From positions 30,001-62,000 of the forward strand of contig APJZ01000003.1 of NCBI GenBank assembly GCA_000387965.1: 32,000 bases of DNA, written 5' to 3'. The stretch is from Candidatus Nanobsidianus stetteri. GTDB lineage: Archaea; Nanobdellota; Nanobdellia; Nanobdellales; Nanobdellaceae. A program made the position numbers and the translations under genes. The number at the start of each line of letters is the position of its first letter. Position 1 is the first letter of the stretch. Below the pieces are notes generated by a model. It saw nothing but the letters and a program-made list of their open reading frames with translations. It was not told the DNA's origin and made no database searches. Positions 6,016 through 16,776 of this stretch are shown here, piece by piece.

Positions 6016-7440
6016 GTGATTTATATATATAATACATTAACAAAGAAAAAAGAAATATTTGAGCCTATAGAATATCCCTTTGTAAAAATATACCATTGTG
6101 GAATAACACCATATGATACATCACATATAGGTCATTTAAGGTCAGAAATTTCTTTAGATATTATAAGAAGAATATTCAGATATTTTGGATATATAGATAT
6201 AGCAATTAGCAATTTTACAGATATAGATGATAAAATAATAAAGAGGGCGAGAGAGTTAAATTTATTAAATAATTGGCAAAAAATACCTGAAGAATATATA
6301 AAATACCATTTAGAACAAATAAAAAGATTAAATAATTTACCATTTTATATAAATCCAAGAGTTACAACACATATTAATGATATTGTAGATTTTATAAAAG
6401 ATTTAATAAATAAAGGATATGCATACAAAGGAAAATATAGTATATATTATGATATAGATAAATATCCATATTATGGACAGTTGTCTGGAACAAAAAAAGA
6501 ACAATGGGAACAAGAAACAGAATTCTTAGAAGATAAAAAACATCCATATGATTTTGCATTATGGAAATTTAAAAAAGAAGATGAACCATATTGGAATACA
6601 GAAATTGGAGATGGAAGACCTGGTTGGCATATTGAATGTTCTACAATGTCATCAAAATATTTAGGACCACAATTTGATATACACTCTGGAGGTCAGGATT
6701 TAATATTTCCACATCATGAAAATGAAATTGCTCAATCGGAGGCTAGATTTAATACACATCCTTGGGTAAAATATTGGTTACATTTTGGATTTATAAAAAT
6801 TAAAGGAGAAAAAATGAGTAAAAGTTTGGGAAATATAATACCTGCAAAAGAATTTTTAGATAAATATGGAGAAGATATAACAAGATTTTATATTGGATCT
6901 TATCATTATAGAGAACCAATTGATATAAATGAAGAAAGCATAAATCAAGCAAAAGAAAATTATAGATATATAAGTTCAACAATCAAAACAATTGTAAATG
7001 AAATAAATAGTTTGGATAGAACATTTTATTTAGATGATAATAAAATAAAAATATGGAAAGAATTATTAAATTATGAAAAAGAGTTTATAAATAGTATAAA
7101 GGATGATTTTAATACAAGAGAAGCTACAAGAATATTATTAGAAGCAACAAATTATATAAATAAAAATGTTATTGGATCTGAAACATTTACATTATATATT
7201 ACTTCATATAATTTCTATAATATTGCTTCAAGAATTTATGGATTATGGGAAGATATATTTTATGGAAAAGAAAGTAGAGAAAATTTAACAAATATTTTAT
7301 TAAATATAATAATAGATATTAGAAATGAATTGAGAAAGAATAAAAATTATGAATTATCCGATAAAATAAGGGAAGAACTCAGAAAAATTGGTATAGATTT
7401 ATTAGATCAAGGAAATAAAACAATATATAGATTTATATAA
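6016..7440 (+). CDS. cysS: Cysteinyl-tRNA synthetase
   Basis: 474 aa. IYNTLTKKKEIFEP N-terminus, HIGH motif (TSHIGHLRS), WHIECS zinc-site region and KMSKS motif (GEKMSKSLGN). GTG start at 6016; the nearby ATG at 6000 is in a different frame and hits a stop. Confidence 0.92.
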   Translation: MIYIYNTLTKKKEIFEPIEYPFVKIYHCGITPYDTSHIGHLRSEISLDIIRRIFRYFGYIDIAISNFTDIDDKIIKRARELNLLNNWQKIPEEYIKYHLEQIKRLNNLPFYINPRVTTHINDIVDFIKDLINKGYAYKGKYSIYYDIDKYPYYGQLSGTKKEQWEQETEFLEDKKHPYDFALWKFKKEDEPYWNTEIGDGRPGWHIECSTMSSKYLGPQFDIHSGGQDLIFPHHENEIAQSEARFNTHPWVKYWLHFGFIKIKGEKMSKSLGNIIPAKEFLDKYGEDITRFYIGSYHYREPIDINEESINQAKENYRYISSTIKTIVNEINSLDRTFYLDDNKIKIWKELLNYEKEFINSIKDDFNTREATRILLEATNYINKNVIGSETFTLYITSYNFYNIASRIYGLWEDIFYGKESRENLTNILLNIIIDIRNELRKNKNYELSDKIREELRKIGIDLLDQGNKTIYRFI

Positions 7441-7449
7441 AAATTATTA

Positions 7450-7464
7450 TTTTTTAACTTTTTT
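7450..7464 (+). terminator. Two T6 runs between cysS and the aIF2-gamma gene
   Basis: TTTTTTAACTTTTTT begins 10 nt after the cysS stop, giving candidate oligo-T terminators. Confidence 0.3.
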
Positions 7465-7479
7465 ATTAAAAATAAGTGA

Positions 7480-8679
7480 ATGGATGATATAATATATCCA
7501 GATCTATCAATAATAATATTGGGACATGTTGATCATGGAAAAACAACATTAGCAAAATCATTAACTGGTGAATGGTTGTCAAAACATTCTGAAGAAATAA
7601 AAAGAGGATTAACAATAAAGTTAGGATATGCAGATTTTACAATATATAAATGTGAAGAACACGGATATTTTACAGAAAAAATATGTCCAATATGTAATAA
7701 AGAAAATAAACCAATTAGAAAAATATCTATTGTAGATGCACCTGGTCATGAGAGTTTATTAATGGTAATGTTAACTGGTGCTGCAATTGTTGATGCTGCT
7801 ATATTAGTTATTGCTGCAAATGAACCTGTCCCACAACCACAAACATTAGAACATTTAGTAGCATTCAAATATTTAGGAAATAAACCATTAATAATTGTAC
7901 AAAATAAAATTGATCTAGTAACAAGAGAAGAGGCAATGAAAAATTATAAAGAAATATTAAATTTACTAGATAAGTTAAATATTGATAAAAATAAGGTAAA
8001 AATTATCCCAATATCTGCAATAAATAATATAAATATAAATTATTTATTAGAAGAATTGGTTAATTTGCCAAAACCAGAAAAAGATGAAAGTTCTGATCCT
8101 ATATTTTTAATATCAAGATCTTTTGACGTAAATAAACCCGGTACAGATATAGAAAAATTGGTTGGAGGAGTTTTGGGAGGAAGTTTACTGAAAGGTAAAT
8201 TAAAATTAAATGATGAAATAGAAATAAGACCGGGATTATTTATTAATAATAAGTGGATTCCTATAAAAACAAGGATAATTTCATTAAAACAAGGTAATAG
8301 TGATGTAGAAGAAATATTACCAAGGGGAACTGCAGGAATTGGAACAACTTTAGATCCTTCTGTTACAAAAGATGATACATTAGCAGGTCAAGTTGCTGGA
8401 TATACAAATAAATTGCCTCCACAATATGATGAAATAAAGGTAAAATATGAAGTAATAAAAGAACTATTTAATGAAAATGAGAAAATTCAAAAGGGAGAAA
8501 CAATAATTGTAGGATTATATAATATAATTTCTGATGGGGTTGTAAAAAATATAGAAAAAGGAAATATAATTACTATAAAATTAAATAAACCAGTTTTAGG
8601 ATATAAAGATGATAAAGTTATAATATTAAGAAATATTAACAAAAGATGGAAAATTTTTGCAATTGGTAAACTATTATGA
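7480..8679 (+). CDS. eif2g: Translation initiation factor aIF2 gamma subunit
   Basis: 399 aa. GHVDHGKTTL, DAPGHE and NKID GTPase motifs, plus the zinc-knuckle insert (CEEHGYFTEKICPIC). Confidence 0.92.
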   Translation: MDDIIYPDLSIIILGHVDHGKTTLAKSLTGEWLSKHSEEIKRGLTIKLGYADFTIYKCEEHGYFTEKICPICNKENKPIRKISIVDAPGHESLLMVMLTGAAIVDAAILVIAANEPVPQPQTLEHLVAFKYLGNKPLIIVQNKIDLVTREEAMKNYKEILNLLDKLNIDKNKVKIIPISAINNININYLLEELVNLPKPEKDESSDPIFLISRSFDVNKPGTDIEKLVGGVLGGSLLKGKLKLNDEIEIRPGLFINNKWIPIKTRIISLKQGNSDVEEILPRGTAGIGTTLDPSVTKDDTLAGQVAGYTNKLPPQYDEIKVKYEVIKELFNENEKIQKGETIIVGLYNIISDGVVKNIEKGNIITIKLNKPVLGYKDDKVIILRNINKRWKIFAIGKLL

Positions 8680-9083
8680 AATATAAAATATTAATTGATA
8701 CAAACATATTTTTTATTCCATTTTATGAAAATTTTGATGTAATAAATGAATTAAAAGACTTCTTAATGAAAAATAATATTGAATATGAAGGTTTTTATAC
8801 ATTAAGAAAAAATATTATTGAAATTGAAAATAAGATAAATAGTTCAAAATCTGAAAAATGGAAAAAGATATATAATTTAGTATTAGAATATATAAAAAAG
8901 AGTAATATAAATATTATAGAGACAAAAGAAAATTATGAGAAAACTGATAGACTTATAATAAAAACCGCATTATCTGATAAATTCATTGTATGTACACTAG
9001 ATAAAAATTTAAGAATGATATTAAAGAAATTACATATACCAGTAATTTTTTATTCAAATAAAAGATTACATATAATATGGTAA
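8676..9083 (+). CDS. PIN-domain protein (Fcf1/Utp24-like, COG1412-type)
   Basis: 135 aa. ILIDTNIFF start and ..TDRLIIKTAL..FIVCTLDKNLR.. fit the PIN pattern. ATGA overlap with the aIF2-gamma stop. As I recall, this gene pairing is common in archaea. Confidence 0.65.
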   Translation: MKYKILIDTNIFFIPFYENFDVINELKDFLMKNNIEYEGFYTLRKNIIEIENKINSSKSEKWKKIYNLVLEYIKKSNINIIETKENYEKTDRLIIKTALSDKFIVCTLDKNLRMILKKLHIPVIFYSNKRLHIIW

Positions 9084-9925
9084 CAAATGCCGGAGCAGAA
9101 TTTTATGCTGCCAAAGAAAAATATGAAAATGCTAAAACTCCTGAAGAAAAATTAAAATATTTATATGAAATGTTAAAAACTGCCCCAAAACATAAAGGAT
9201 CTGAACATTTAATTGCATGGATAAATAAAAAAATATCTGAATATGAAAAGATAATTGAGGAAGGTAAATATAAAAAAGGAGGGAGTGGTATAAAATTAAT
9301 AGAAAAATCTGGTGATATTTTAATAAGTATATTGGGAATAGAAAATTCTGGAAAAAGTTATTTTTTAAGGAAATTTACAAATGCAAATGTTGAAGTAAGT
9401 GAAATACCTTTTTCTACAATAAATCCAGCAATTGGTACAATATTTTATAATTGTGTATATTATCAATTTGTTGAAATCCCATCTACATTCGAAAGAAAGT
9501 TTAGATCAATTTTATCATTATCTGATTATTATATATTAATATTAGATGAAAAAAGAGATATAAAAGAACAATTGGAAAGAATAAATAAATTTTCCGAAGG
9601 GATAATTGAATTTAGTACAATTCCAAATAATAAATATAAAATAATATATAATAAATTTGATGATTTTAAAGATGTAAATTTACAAGAAATATTAGAAAAT
9701 ATAATTAAAGATTTAGATTTAATAAGGATAAAACCGATAGATTCAGATCATTGTGTAATATTAAATAAAGAATCTACTATAAAAGATTTTATTGAAAAAA
9801 TAAATAAAAAATGGATAGATAAATTTAGATATGCAAAGATAATTAGAGAAAATAAAATTATAAGAGCTGGACTAAATTATAAATTAGAAGATAAAGATAT
9901 TATTGAATTAAAATTAAAAATATAA
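9077..9925 (+). CDS. DRG/Rbg-like GTPase with C-terminal TGS domain (G3 motif degenerate)
   Basis: 282 aa. DRG-type helical N-terminus (..KTAPKHKGSEHLIAWINKKI..), G1 GIENSGKS, FST in the G2 position, NKFD G4 and a C-terminal TGS-like IRIKP..IIRAGLNYKLEDKDIIELKL. The expected DxPG G3 reads EIPS. Confidence 0.6.
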   Translation: MVTNAGAEFYAAKEKYENAKTPEEKLKYLYEMLKTAPKHKGSEHLIAWINKKISEYEKIIEEGKYKKGGSGIKLIEKSGDILISILGIENSGKSYFLRKFTNANVEVSEIPFSTINPAIGTIFYNCVYYQFVEIPSTFERKFRSILSLSDYYILILDEKRDIKEQLERINKFSEGIIEFSTIPNNKYKIIYNKFDDFKDVNLQEILENIIKDLDLIRIKPIDSDHCVILNKESTIKDFIEKINKKWIDKFRYAKIIRENKIIRAGLNYKLEDKDIIELKLKI

Positions 9926-10186
9926 TTATTTCTTCTTTTCAAGCTTTTCCTTTAATTCTACTATATCTTTTCTAGTATATTCTATTAATATTGCAATTAT
10001 AGATAACCATAATACTCCCAACCAGGTAAATAAAGATGCTATAACTATAGCAGCAGAACTTTGTAATGCGAGTGGTAATTCTATGCTCCTAAATAATAAA
10101 AGATATCCTAATATCATATTAATAAAAAATCCTACCAGCAATATTATTTCCAACAAATTTGGTGCTTTGTAATCAAAGCTAACCAT
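9926..10186 (-). CDS. Small hypothetical membrane protein
   Basis: 86 aa with predicted hydrophobic helices and a charged C-terminal tail (KDIVELKEKLEKKK). It exactly fills the gap between neighbours. Confidence 0.45.
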   Translation of the reverse strand: MVSFDYKAPNLLEIILLVGFFINMILGYLLLFRSIELPLALQSSAAIVIASLFTWLGVLWLSIIAILIEYTRKDIVELKEKLEKKK

Positions 10187-10222
10187 TATTAATTTTTAAA
10201 TTAAATACTTATATATATTTCT

Positions 10223-10696
10223 ATGAAAAGTTTAGATAAAAAATCAAGAAAAAATTTGATTGAGATATTAAAAAACAATTATAAAATAGAATGTGAAAAA
10301 TTAAAAAATGAAAACATTTTTTTGGATGAAGAAAATAATATTTACATATATAATAATATTCCAATAGCATTTATAAAAGATAATAAAATATATCCAACAA
10401 TATTTTTGATAAACGAATGTGAAACAGATATGAATTATATTAAAGTAAATATTGGAGCAAAAGAAAAAATATTAAATGGTGCAGATGTATTTAGACCTGG
10501 AATAATTGAATTTTCAGATTTCAAAAAAGATGAAATAATATTAATAATATCTGAAGATAATAAATTATTGGCAATTGGAAGAGCATTATATGATAGCAAT
10601 GATGCTATAAAAATGGAGAAGGGGAAAATAATAGAAAATATACATTATTATGGAGATAAAATAACAAAATATTATTTAAATAAAATTAAAAATTGA
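10223..10696 (+). CDS. PUA-domain RNA-binding protein (MCT-1/Tma20-like)
   Basis: 157 aa. KVNIGAKEKILNGADVFRPGIIEF..DEIILIISEDNKLLAIGRALYDSNDA is the PUA signature. Confidence 0.7.
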   Translation: MKSLDKKSRKNLIEILKNNYKIECEKLKNENIFLDEENNIYIYNNIPIAFIKDNKIYPTIFLINECETDMNYIKVNIGAKEKILNGADVFRPGIIEFSDFKKDEIILIISEDNKLLAIGRALYDSNDAIKMEKGKIIENIHYYGDKITKYYLNKIKN

Positions 10697-11821
10697 TTTC
10701 TGCTTCAATAAATTGCTATATTTTTTTAATTTATATACAGAAACATTATATTTATTCATAAATTTATTGTTTAAATATGATATTAGTTCATTATAATTAT
10801 CAAATTTTTCTACTAAATTATTTAGCATATACTTCGTTCCTTCCCTAACGACCCAAACACCCAAAGGAACTTTATATTCTCTTGTTACAAATCTAAATAC
10901 AACCAAATTTCCAATCATCTTATAATTTCTCATAAATTCTGCAAAAGATAATTTTAGAGCACTATAACCCCCAGATTCATCATCTCTACCAATTATACTA
11001 TATTTAGAGTTTAAATTATATACAGAACCTGGTATTAATGTTTCTATTAATTCACAATTTCCATTACCTGGAAAAAATACTCCATAAAAATCATTTCCAT
11101 ATAAAGAATAATAGAATAAATAATATTTATCATTAATTTTAGAATAATCCTTTATTTCTTCCTTTATTCTTTTCTCTAAAATTTCATGAACTGCAGTTAT
11201 TGCCCATTTACTTGGAACCAATTTTCTATTTATCTTATATCCAAAAAATCCCATTGAAAACAATCTTGATAAATAATAATCAGACATTCCAGATTTATAT
11301 AAGTAATATATTGAATCTTCCGCTTTCATTTCTTCTATTTTATATATTTCTTTTGGTATTTTTGGATTTTCATTTATTTTTATTTTATCTATTATTCCAG
11401 AATATCCATATAAACCGATTATCTTAGAAATTCTCATATTTTCACTTATTTTATTAAAATATATTTCCAAATTTATTGATTTAATTGATAACATAGAATC
11501 TAAAACTTCATTATATAATTTATCATTTTTTCTTGGTAAATTTGCATCTACAACTTTCTTTGCATTTATTAAACTTATTCTACTCTTTATAATTTCTTCA
11601 ACATCTATATTATTCTTTGCCCAATATATTGGATTATCATATAATTCTATATTTTCATCATAAGATGTCAATATACCTAAAGATAATTTTGGATAATTGA
11701 TTGAACTAATTAAATTTGATGGGGGAGTATAACCATTTATATCCTTTTTTAATATTATGGATTTTCCATATAATTTCTTGTATTTTTCTGCAAGTTTTTT
11801 TGCATTTATAACATCTATCAT
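10676..11821 (-). CDS. nreA: NreA-like protein (DUF650/DUF651 archaeal DNA-repair-associated family)
   Basis: 381 aa. GYTPPSNLISSINYPKLSLGIL.. and C-terminal ..KVPLGVWVVREGTKYML match my memory of the Nre family pattern. 21-nt convergent overlap with the PUA gene. Confidence 0.55.
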   Translation of the reverse strand: MIDVINAKKLAEKYKKLYGKSIILKKDINGYTPPSNLISSINYPKLSLGILTSYDENIELYDNPIYWAKNNIDVEEIIKSRISLINAKKVVDANLPRKNDKLYNEVLDSMLSIKSINLEIYFNKISENMRISKIIGLYGYSGIIDKIKINENPKIPKEIYKIEEMKAEDSIYYLYKSGMSDYYLSRLFSMGFFGYKINRKLVPSKWAITAVHEILEKRIKEEIKDYSKINDKYYLFYYSLYGNDFYGVFFPGNGNCELIETLIPGSVYNLNSKYSIIGRDDESGGYSALKLSFAEFMRNYKMIGNLVVFRFVTREYKVPLGVWVVREGTKYMLNNLVEKFDNYNELISYLNNKFMNKYNVSVYKLKKYSNLLKQKSIFNFI

Positions 11822-11855
11822 TAGATTTTTATTTATTTTTTAAATTATAAATTTG

Positions 11856-12533
11856 ATGGACATAATAAATATACCAACAAAATATAAATTAAAAGAAATC
11901 AAAAATTTGGATGAATTGAAAAAATATTTACCAAAGAAATTTGCTCTAGTATCTTTAACACAATATTCTGAATATGCTAAAAAAATATATGAAATATTAA
12001 AGAATGATTATGAAATAATGTTAAAAGAAGGATTATATGGGATAAATGTTTTAGGATGTTACTCAGAACCTGCAAATATAAATGATATAGATACAGTATT
12101 ATTAATTGGAAATGGAAAATTTCATGCAGAAAATATTATAAGGAAATTAAAGAAAAGAGTAATTGTCTATGACCCTATGTATGGAGAAATAAATGTTTAT
12201 GAACCGGATTATAATTTTGACAAAATTATAGAATTTTTATTAAATAAAATAAAAAATTCAAAAAATATTGGAATAATATTATCTATAAAACCTGGACAAT
12301 ATTATTATTTGGAAACATTAAAAGTTAAAGATAAATTGGAAAAATCCGGAAAAAATGTATACTTATTTATCGGAGATACAATTGATACTTTACAATTATT
12401 GAATTTTCCATACATAGATTTCTGGATTTTTTCTGCATGTCCAAGATTGATTGATGATGTAATAGATAATAATATAAATGGTATAACTATTGATATTCTA
12501 ATAAAAAATTTAGATAAAGTAGTTAATATTTAA
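11856..12533 (+). CDS. dph2: Diphthamide synthase Dph2-like protein (short form)
   Basis: About 225 aa from the ATG at 11856 (the track starts at TTG 11853). VLGCYSEP.., LLIGNGKFHAENI.. and FSACPRLIDD resemble Dph2 motifs. As I recall, typical archaeal Dph2 is about 330-340 aa. Confidence 0.5.
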   Translation: MDIINIPTKYKLKEIKNLDELKKYLPKKFALVSLTQYSEYAKKIYEILKNDYEIMLKEGLYGINVLGCYSEPANINDIDTVLLIGNGKFHAENIIRKLKKRVIVYDPMYGEINVYEPDYNFDKIIEFLLNKIKNSKNIGIILSIKPGQYYYLETLKVKDKLEKSGKNVYLFIGDTIDTLQLLNFPYIDFWIFSACPRLIDDVIDNNINGITIDILIKNLDKVVNI

Positions 12534-14519
12534 TATTCCCTGTACGAATATATACAATCCTATTGAAGATAATGTAGAGAATATAAAGAATACTATTATG
12601 TTCATTATATAATATTTGTATAAATAATAATAGAATCCCAATTTATCTCCGCTATTTTCTATACTATTAATTGCATATATAATTACAAAGGCTATTGCCA
12701 AATTAAATATTCCGATTATAATTATCATTGTAGCTGGGGAGGTAATAGAATTTAAGTTAAATATATTTAATATAATATTTGGCAATGAATTTATATATTG
12801 AGAAAACCCTGAATTAGATGAAGCCAAATTTGATATTTGACTAAATTGAAAAGATAATTTATATAATATTTCTATAATCATCACACTAACTGCGCCAACT
12901 ATTCCTAAAATAATTGGAGCTAAAATTCTTAATAAAGATTTCAATTGAGATAAATCTTCTGCTACAAGATCTTTAATTCTCTCTTTTACTTTTGATATTA
13001 ATAAAAAATATCTTGCAATTATACCAGTTATAACAGCAGCTTCAGAAGGAGATTGACCACTGGCTTCATATAATAATTCCATTGTAGCTCTCAATTGCGA
13101 TGATGGTATTTTAGATAGAGCTCCATATCTCATATCAAATATCGAATCATAAAATGATAAACCTACCCTTAAATTTTGATATACTTTTGATATAAAATCT
13201 CCAATTGGACTACCTTTATATTTTGGGTAAACATATATCATCGCCTTTTCGAGTGGATAACCTTCATTTAATGCAGAACTTAAAGATAATAAAAATGATG
13301 GCAAATCTGTTCCTATTCTTTCTAAACTTTTATATAAATCTTTATAATGCGAATAGTAAATGAAAGCAATTAATGAAACAGATAAACCCGTTAAAAACAC
13401 TAAAAATTCTGATAATAATATTCCTGAAATATCGAATTTATATAAATATTGATATATTACAAAAAAGATTATGAAAAATAGTAATATACCTACTGAAAGT
13501 CCACTGGCTACTGATATTAATTTATTTGTTAAATCTTCCCTCTTTAAATAATAAAATAGATATATATCATCATTTGAAAAAACATTAATAATTTTTGAGG
13601 AAATCGAATAATTAATTGCATAAAATGCTAAAAATGGTATTAAAATATCAAATAATATAAATAAAACGAGAGGACTAAATATATTTTCTAAGAATATTGA
13701 TGCAAGAGGAAATACTGTTAATAACATAACTGGTAAAGTTATACCCAACATAGATACAAGATTTATTGTAGATCTTATTTCCCTAGAAAATTCATATAGT
13801 TCATTTACCAATTCCTCCAAAGCTTCTTCTATGGATTTATCTATCTGGAAATTCCTTCTATCCTTATCTGGATCATATAAGGCACTTAATATAAGCATAA
13901 TACCAGTATAAAAGAATTTTGCATTTTTTTCCCAAGATCTTGAATATTCTACTAAAGCTTCTGATGCAGAAACATATTTTCTATTATATATATCTCTTAA
14001 CAATCTTAACAAATCTAATTTTAATGGTAAGTTAATATTTTTTGCGGCAAATAGTATAGCTTGTTCTACATTTGGATTTTGTCTTAATTTAATAGCTAAC
14101 AATAATAATAGACTTATTAATTGAGATTTCTTCTTGTTATATAAATTATTATATAAAATAACATAATAATAATCGATCAATATGTATGATAATATACCAA
14201 AGGAAATAAATAGTAAGAAATATAAAGTAGATATTATTATTGATGGAATTATTCCTATAAAGATGAATAATATTAGAAAAAATATTGCTGCCGAATCTAT
14301 TTGATCAATGCTTACATCTAAAAATAGTTCTTCATTTATTTTTTCAAAATTTTTTCTTTTTTTATTATTTGATTTTATCTTTATTATATTTCCAAATGTT
14401 TTAACAATCTTTTCATAATATTTTAATTTATTACCAAAATAGAAATATTTATATAACTTTAATTTACCTTCTAAATTCTGATTATCTAATCTATTTAACT
14501 CAATTTCTGATATATCCAT
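12510..14519 (-). CDS. FlaJ/TadC-like type IV pilus/archaellum platform membrane protein
   Basis: 669 aa, polytopic, with two cytoplasmic T2SS-F-like domains (..LRLLRDIYNRKYVSASEALVEYSRSWE.. and ..LSSALNEGYPLEKAMIYVYPKYKGSPIGDFISKVYQNLRVGLSFYDSI..). 25-nt overlap with the upstream ATPase gene. Confidence 0.75.
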   Translation of the reverse strand: MDISEIELNRLDNQNLEGKLKLYKYFYFGNKLKYYEKIVKTFGNIIKIKSNNKKRKNFEKINEELFLDVSIDQIDSAAIFFLILFIFIGIIPSIIISTLYFLLFISFGILSYILIDYYYVILYNNLYNKKKSQLISLLLLLAIKLRQNPNVEQAILFAAKNINLPLKLDLLRLLRDIYNRKYVSASEALVEYSRSWEKNAKFFYTGIMLILSALYDPDKDRRNFQIDKSIEEALEELVNELYEFSREIRSTINLVSMLGITLPVMLLTVFPLASIFLENIFSPLVLFILFDILIPFLAFYAINYSISSKIINVFSNDDIYLFYYLKREDLTNKLISVASGLSVGILLFFIIFFVIYQYLYKFDISGILLSEFLVFLTGLSVSLIAFIYYSHYKDLYKSLERIGTDLPSFLLSLSSALNEGYPLEKAMIYVYPKYKGSPIGDFISKVYQNLRVGLSFYDSIFDMRYGALSKIPSSQLRATMELLYEASGQSPSEAAVITGIIARYFLLISKVKERIKDLVAEDLSQLKSLLRILAPIILGIVGAVSVMIIEILYKLSFQFSQISNLASSNSGFSQYINSLPNIILNIFNLNSITSPATMIIIIGIFNLAIAFVIIYAINSIENSGDKLGFYYYLYKYYIMNIIVFFIFSTLSSIGLYIFVQGILNINYFI

Positions 14520-16738
14520 TTCTTCATATTATCTAATATATAATCTTTTACAATTTCATTATATTCTTTAATACTTTTATCCACATATTGATAAAACACT
14601 TCATTGTACGCAGAAACAAAATCTGCTTCTAAAATATCTTTCCTATTCTTTTCTCTTGCTATATCTACTAATATCTTTTTTGATAAACCTATTGTTTCTA
14701 TCATATTCCATATTCTTTCCCAAGATTTTGACAAATATCTTATCCTAGATGCAACAGCTTTTAATATATCAGAATCTCCATTTATTAATTCTAATGTTGG
14801 TTCTAAATTATCCTTTTCCGCATCATAAACCATTAAATCAACAAAACCTTTTTCTTTTAATGGATCCTGATCCCATAATTTTCTTACTTCAGTTATCCTT
14901 AATACTCTTCTATATCTTTTTAATCCAGAAGGTTCTTTAATTGGATTTACAATTACTATTATATCTGTAGCTTTGAATGATGTTTTAGGAACTCCAAGAT
15001 CATTTACAACTCTATCATATACTCCATAGGGGCTTTCTGCATGCAAAGTACCCATTACCGCATTCGCTACGGCACCAACTCTCATAGCTTCATATAATGT
15101 TAAAGCCTCTTTTGATCTAACTTCTCCAACAATTATAGCACTATCTCCCATTCTTAAAGATACTCTTAAACCTTCCTCAGCAGATAATTCTGCAGATTTT
15201 AATGAAAATGGACTCCTAACTTTCATAGGAACTATATTATATCCTATTGATCTAAAAAATTCCGCAGGTATTTCTAGAGTATCTTCTACAGTTATCATCC
15301 TAACTTTTTTAGGTATTTCTAACATTAAAGCTGTTAATAATGATGTTTTACCACTTCCTCTTGTACCAGCAATTAAAATTGTCCTTCCATTTGCAACTAA
15401 AAAAGATAATAAACCTGCAGCCTGATAATTTAGCATTTTATTATCTATAAATAAAGGCAAAGTCCATGGTTTACTTCTATGTCTTCTAATTATATATGAT
15501 AATCCGAAGGGAGATAATGGTGGTGATAATGCTGCAACTCTTAATAATATATTATTTCCAATTACTAAATCTGTATCTAAAACTGGATTTGCTTCATCAA
15601 ATGGTCTTCCAGATATTAATCTTAATTTTGTAGCCCAAGATTCTACCTCCCTTCTAGTTGGAGTTACATTTGTAACACACATTTCATATTTAGAATGCTG
15701 TAAATATATTGGAGTTATACCTGCTGGCGGGTTTATAAATAGATCTTCTAAATTTTCATCTAAAACTATTTTCTCTATTATTCCAAAACCAATCGTATAT
15801 CTAATAATTATACTTTTAATTAATTCCAACCTATTTTTATCTATATTTATATTATATATAGACATTAATTTCGCTAGTATATTATTTAGTATATTATTAT
15901 ATATTTCTCTCAATCTTTCTACATCTAGATAATCTTCCTTTCTAGGTTCATATTCTTGTAAAATTTCTATTGCCTTATGGGATAAAAATGTTTCTTCAGA
16001 GAATATTTTATATTCTTCTGGAAATATATAATATCTAAAAACTGTTTCTTCAGGATTCTTTAATATAAAAACTTCCGTATTTTTATCCAATCTATAAGAA
16101 TCTACAATATTATAACTTTCTGAAATTTTATTTATATATTTTGTATCTATAAATTTTGGTTTTATATCTCCCAATAATATTCTTCTATATATTTCTCTAT
16201 TCCCAATTTGATATCCGATTAGAAATGGTTTAATATACTTATATAAAGGCAATGATTCAAATTTTATTAAAAAATTATCTATCAATGATATTAAATTTGA
16301 TATTTGATTTTCTAAATCTTTATTATTTTTTAATATTGACATTAATTTTCTTTTCATTCTTCTTATAAATATATATGTACCAATTGGATCTCTCAAATAC
16401 CCTTTATCCAAATAATCTATTATAGTTTTTATTTCGGAATATAATGGATTGCCAGTTAATAAATATTTATAATATTCCGATATATTATTTTTAATAGAGA
16501 GATATACATCAAGAAAACTATTTAATACTTTTATACTATCCTCATAATATTCTATATTTTCATCTTGCTCGATTACTATAGTATTTACAAATGGATCTAT
16601 AGATAATATATTTAATATATATTCCATTATATTTGGATCATCTTCAATTGTAGCAATATTATTATAATTTTTAGCATTTACATATAATACTCTTTCTTTT
16701 CCATTCATTTTAATTTCATATTGTAAATTATTTAGCAT
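14495..16738 (-). CDS. FlaI/VirB11-family type IV secretion-type ATPase, unusually long
   Basis: 747 aa. Walker A ILIAGTRGSGKTSLL at about residue 455-468, followed by RMITVEDTLEIP, IIVGEVRSKEA and MGTLHAE. This is the secretion-ATPase core, with roughly 190-aa N-terminal and about 100-aa C-terminal extra sequence relative to my memory of ~510-550-aa FlaI proteins. Confidence 0.85.
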   Translation of the reverse strand: MLNNLQYEIKMNGKERVLYVNAKNYNNIATIEDDPNIMEYILNILSIDPFVNTIVIEQDENIEYYEDSIKVLNSFLDVYLSIKNNISEYYKYLLTGNPLYSEIKTIIDYLDKGYLRDPIGTYIFIRRMKRKLMSILKNNKDLENQISNLISLIDNFLIKFESLPLYKYIKPFLIGYQIGNREIYRRILLGDIKPKFIDTKYINKISESYNIVDSYRLDKNTEVFILKNPEETVFRYYIFPEEYKIFSEETFLSHKAIEILQEYEPRKEDYLDVERLREIYNNILNNILAKLMSIYNINIDKNRLELIKSIIIRYTIGFGIIEKIVLDENLEDLFINPPAGITPIYLQHSKYEMCVTNVTPTRREVESWATKLRLISGRPFDEANPVLDTDLVIGNNILLRVAALSPPLSPFGLSYIIRRHRSKPWTLPLFIDNKMLNYQAAGLLSFLVANGRTILIAGTRGSGKTSLLTALMLEIPKKVRMITVEDTLEIPAEFFRSIGYNIVPMKVRSPFSLKSAELSAEEGLRVSLRMGDSAIIVGEVRSKEALTLYEAMRVGAVANAVMGTLHAESPYGVYDRVVNDLGVPKTSFKATDIIVIVNPIKEPSGLKRYRRVLRITEVRKLWDQDPLKEKGFVDLMVYDAEKDNLEPTLELINGDSDILKAVASRIRYLSKSWERIWNMIETIGLSKKILVDIAREKNRKDILEADFVSAYNEVFYQYVDKSIKEYNEIVKDYILDNMKKWIYQKLS

Positions 16739-16776
16739 ATAAAGATTAATATATATTAAAATATAATAGTTTTACT

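Noticed and set aside
6800-6982. 60-aa minus-strand ORF inside cysS, and similar track ORFs at 11200-11427, 20643-20855, 23445-23666, 25906-26154, 26799-27041 and 27318-27527
   Set aside because: All lie antisense within confidently identified genes (cysS, nreA-like, gatE, aRF1, the P/Q/N-rich gene, uS2/uL2, uL2) and look like compositional shadow ORFs.
14604-14940. Two overlapping plus-strand ORFs (74 and 63 aa)
   Set aside because: They are antisense to the C-terminal region of the FlaI-like ATPase, with no motifs and shadow-frame composition.
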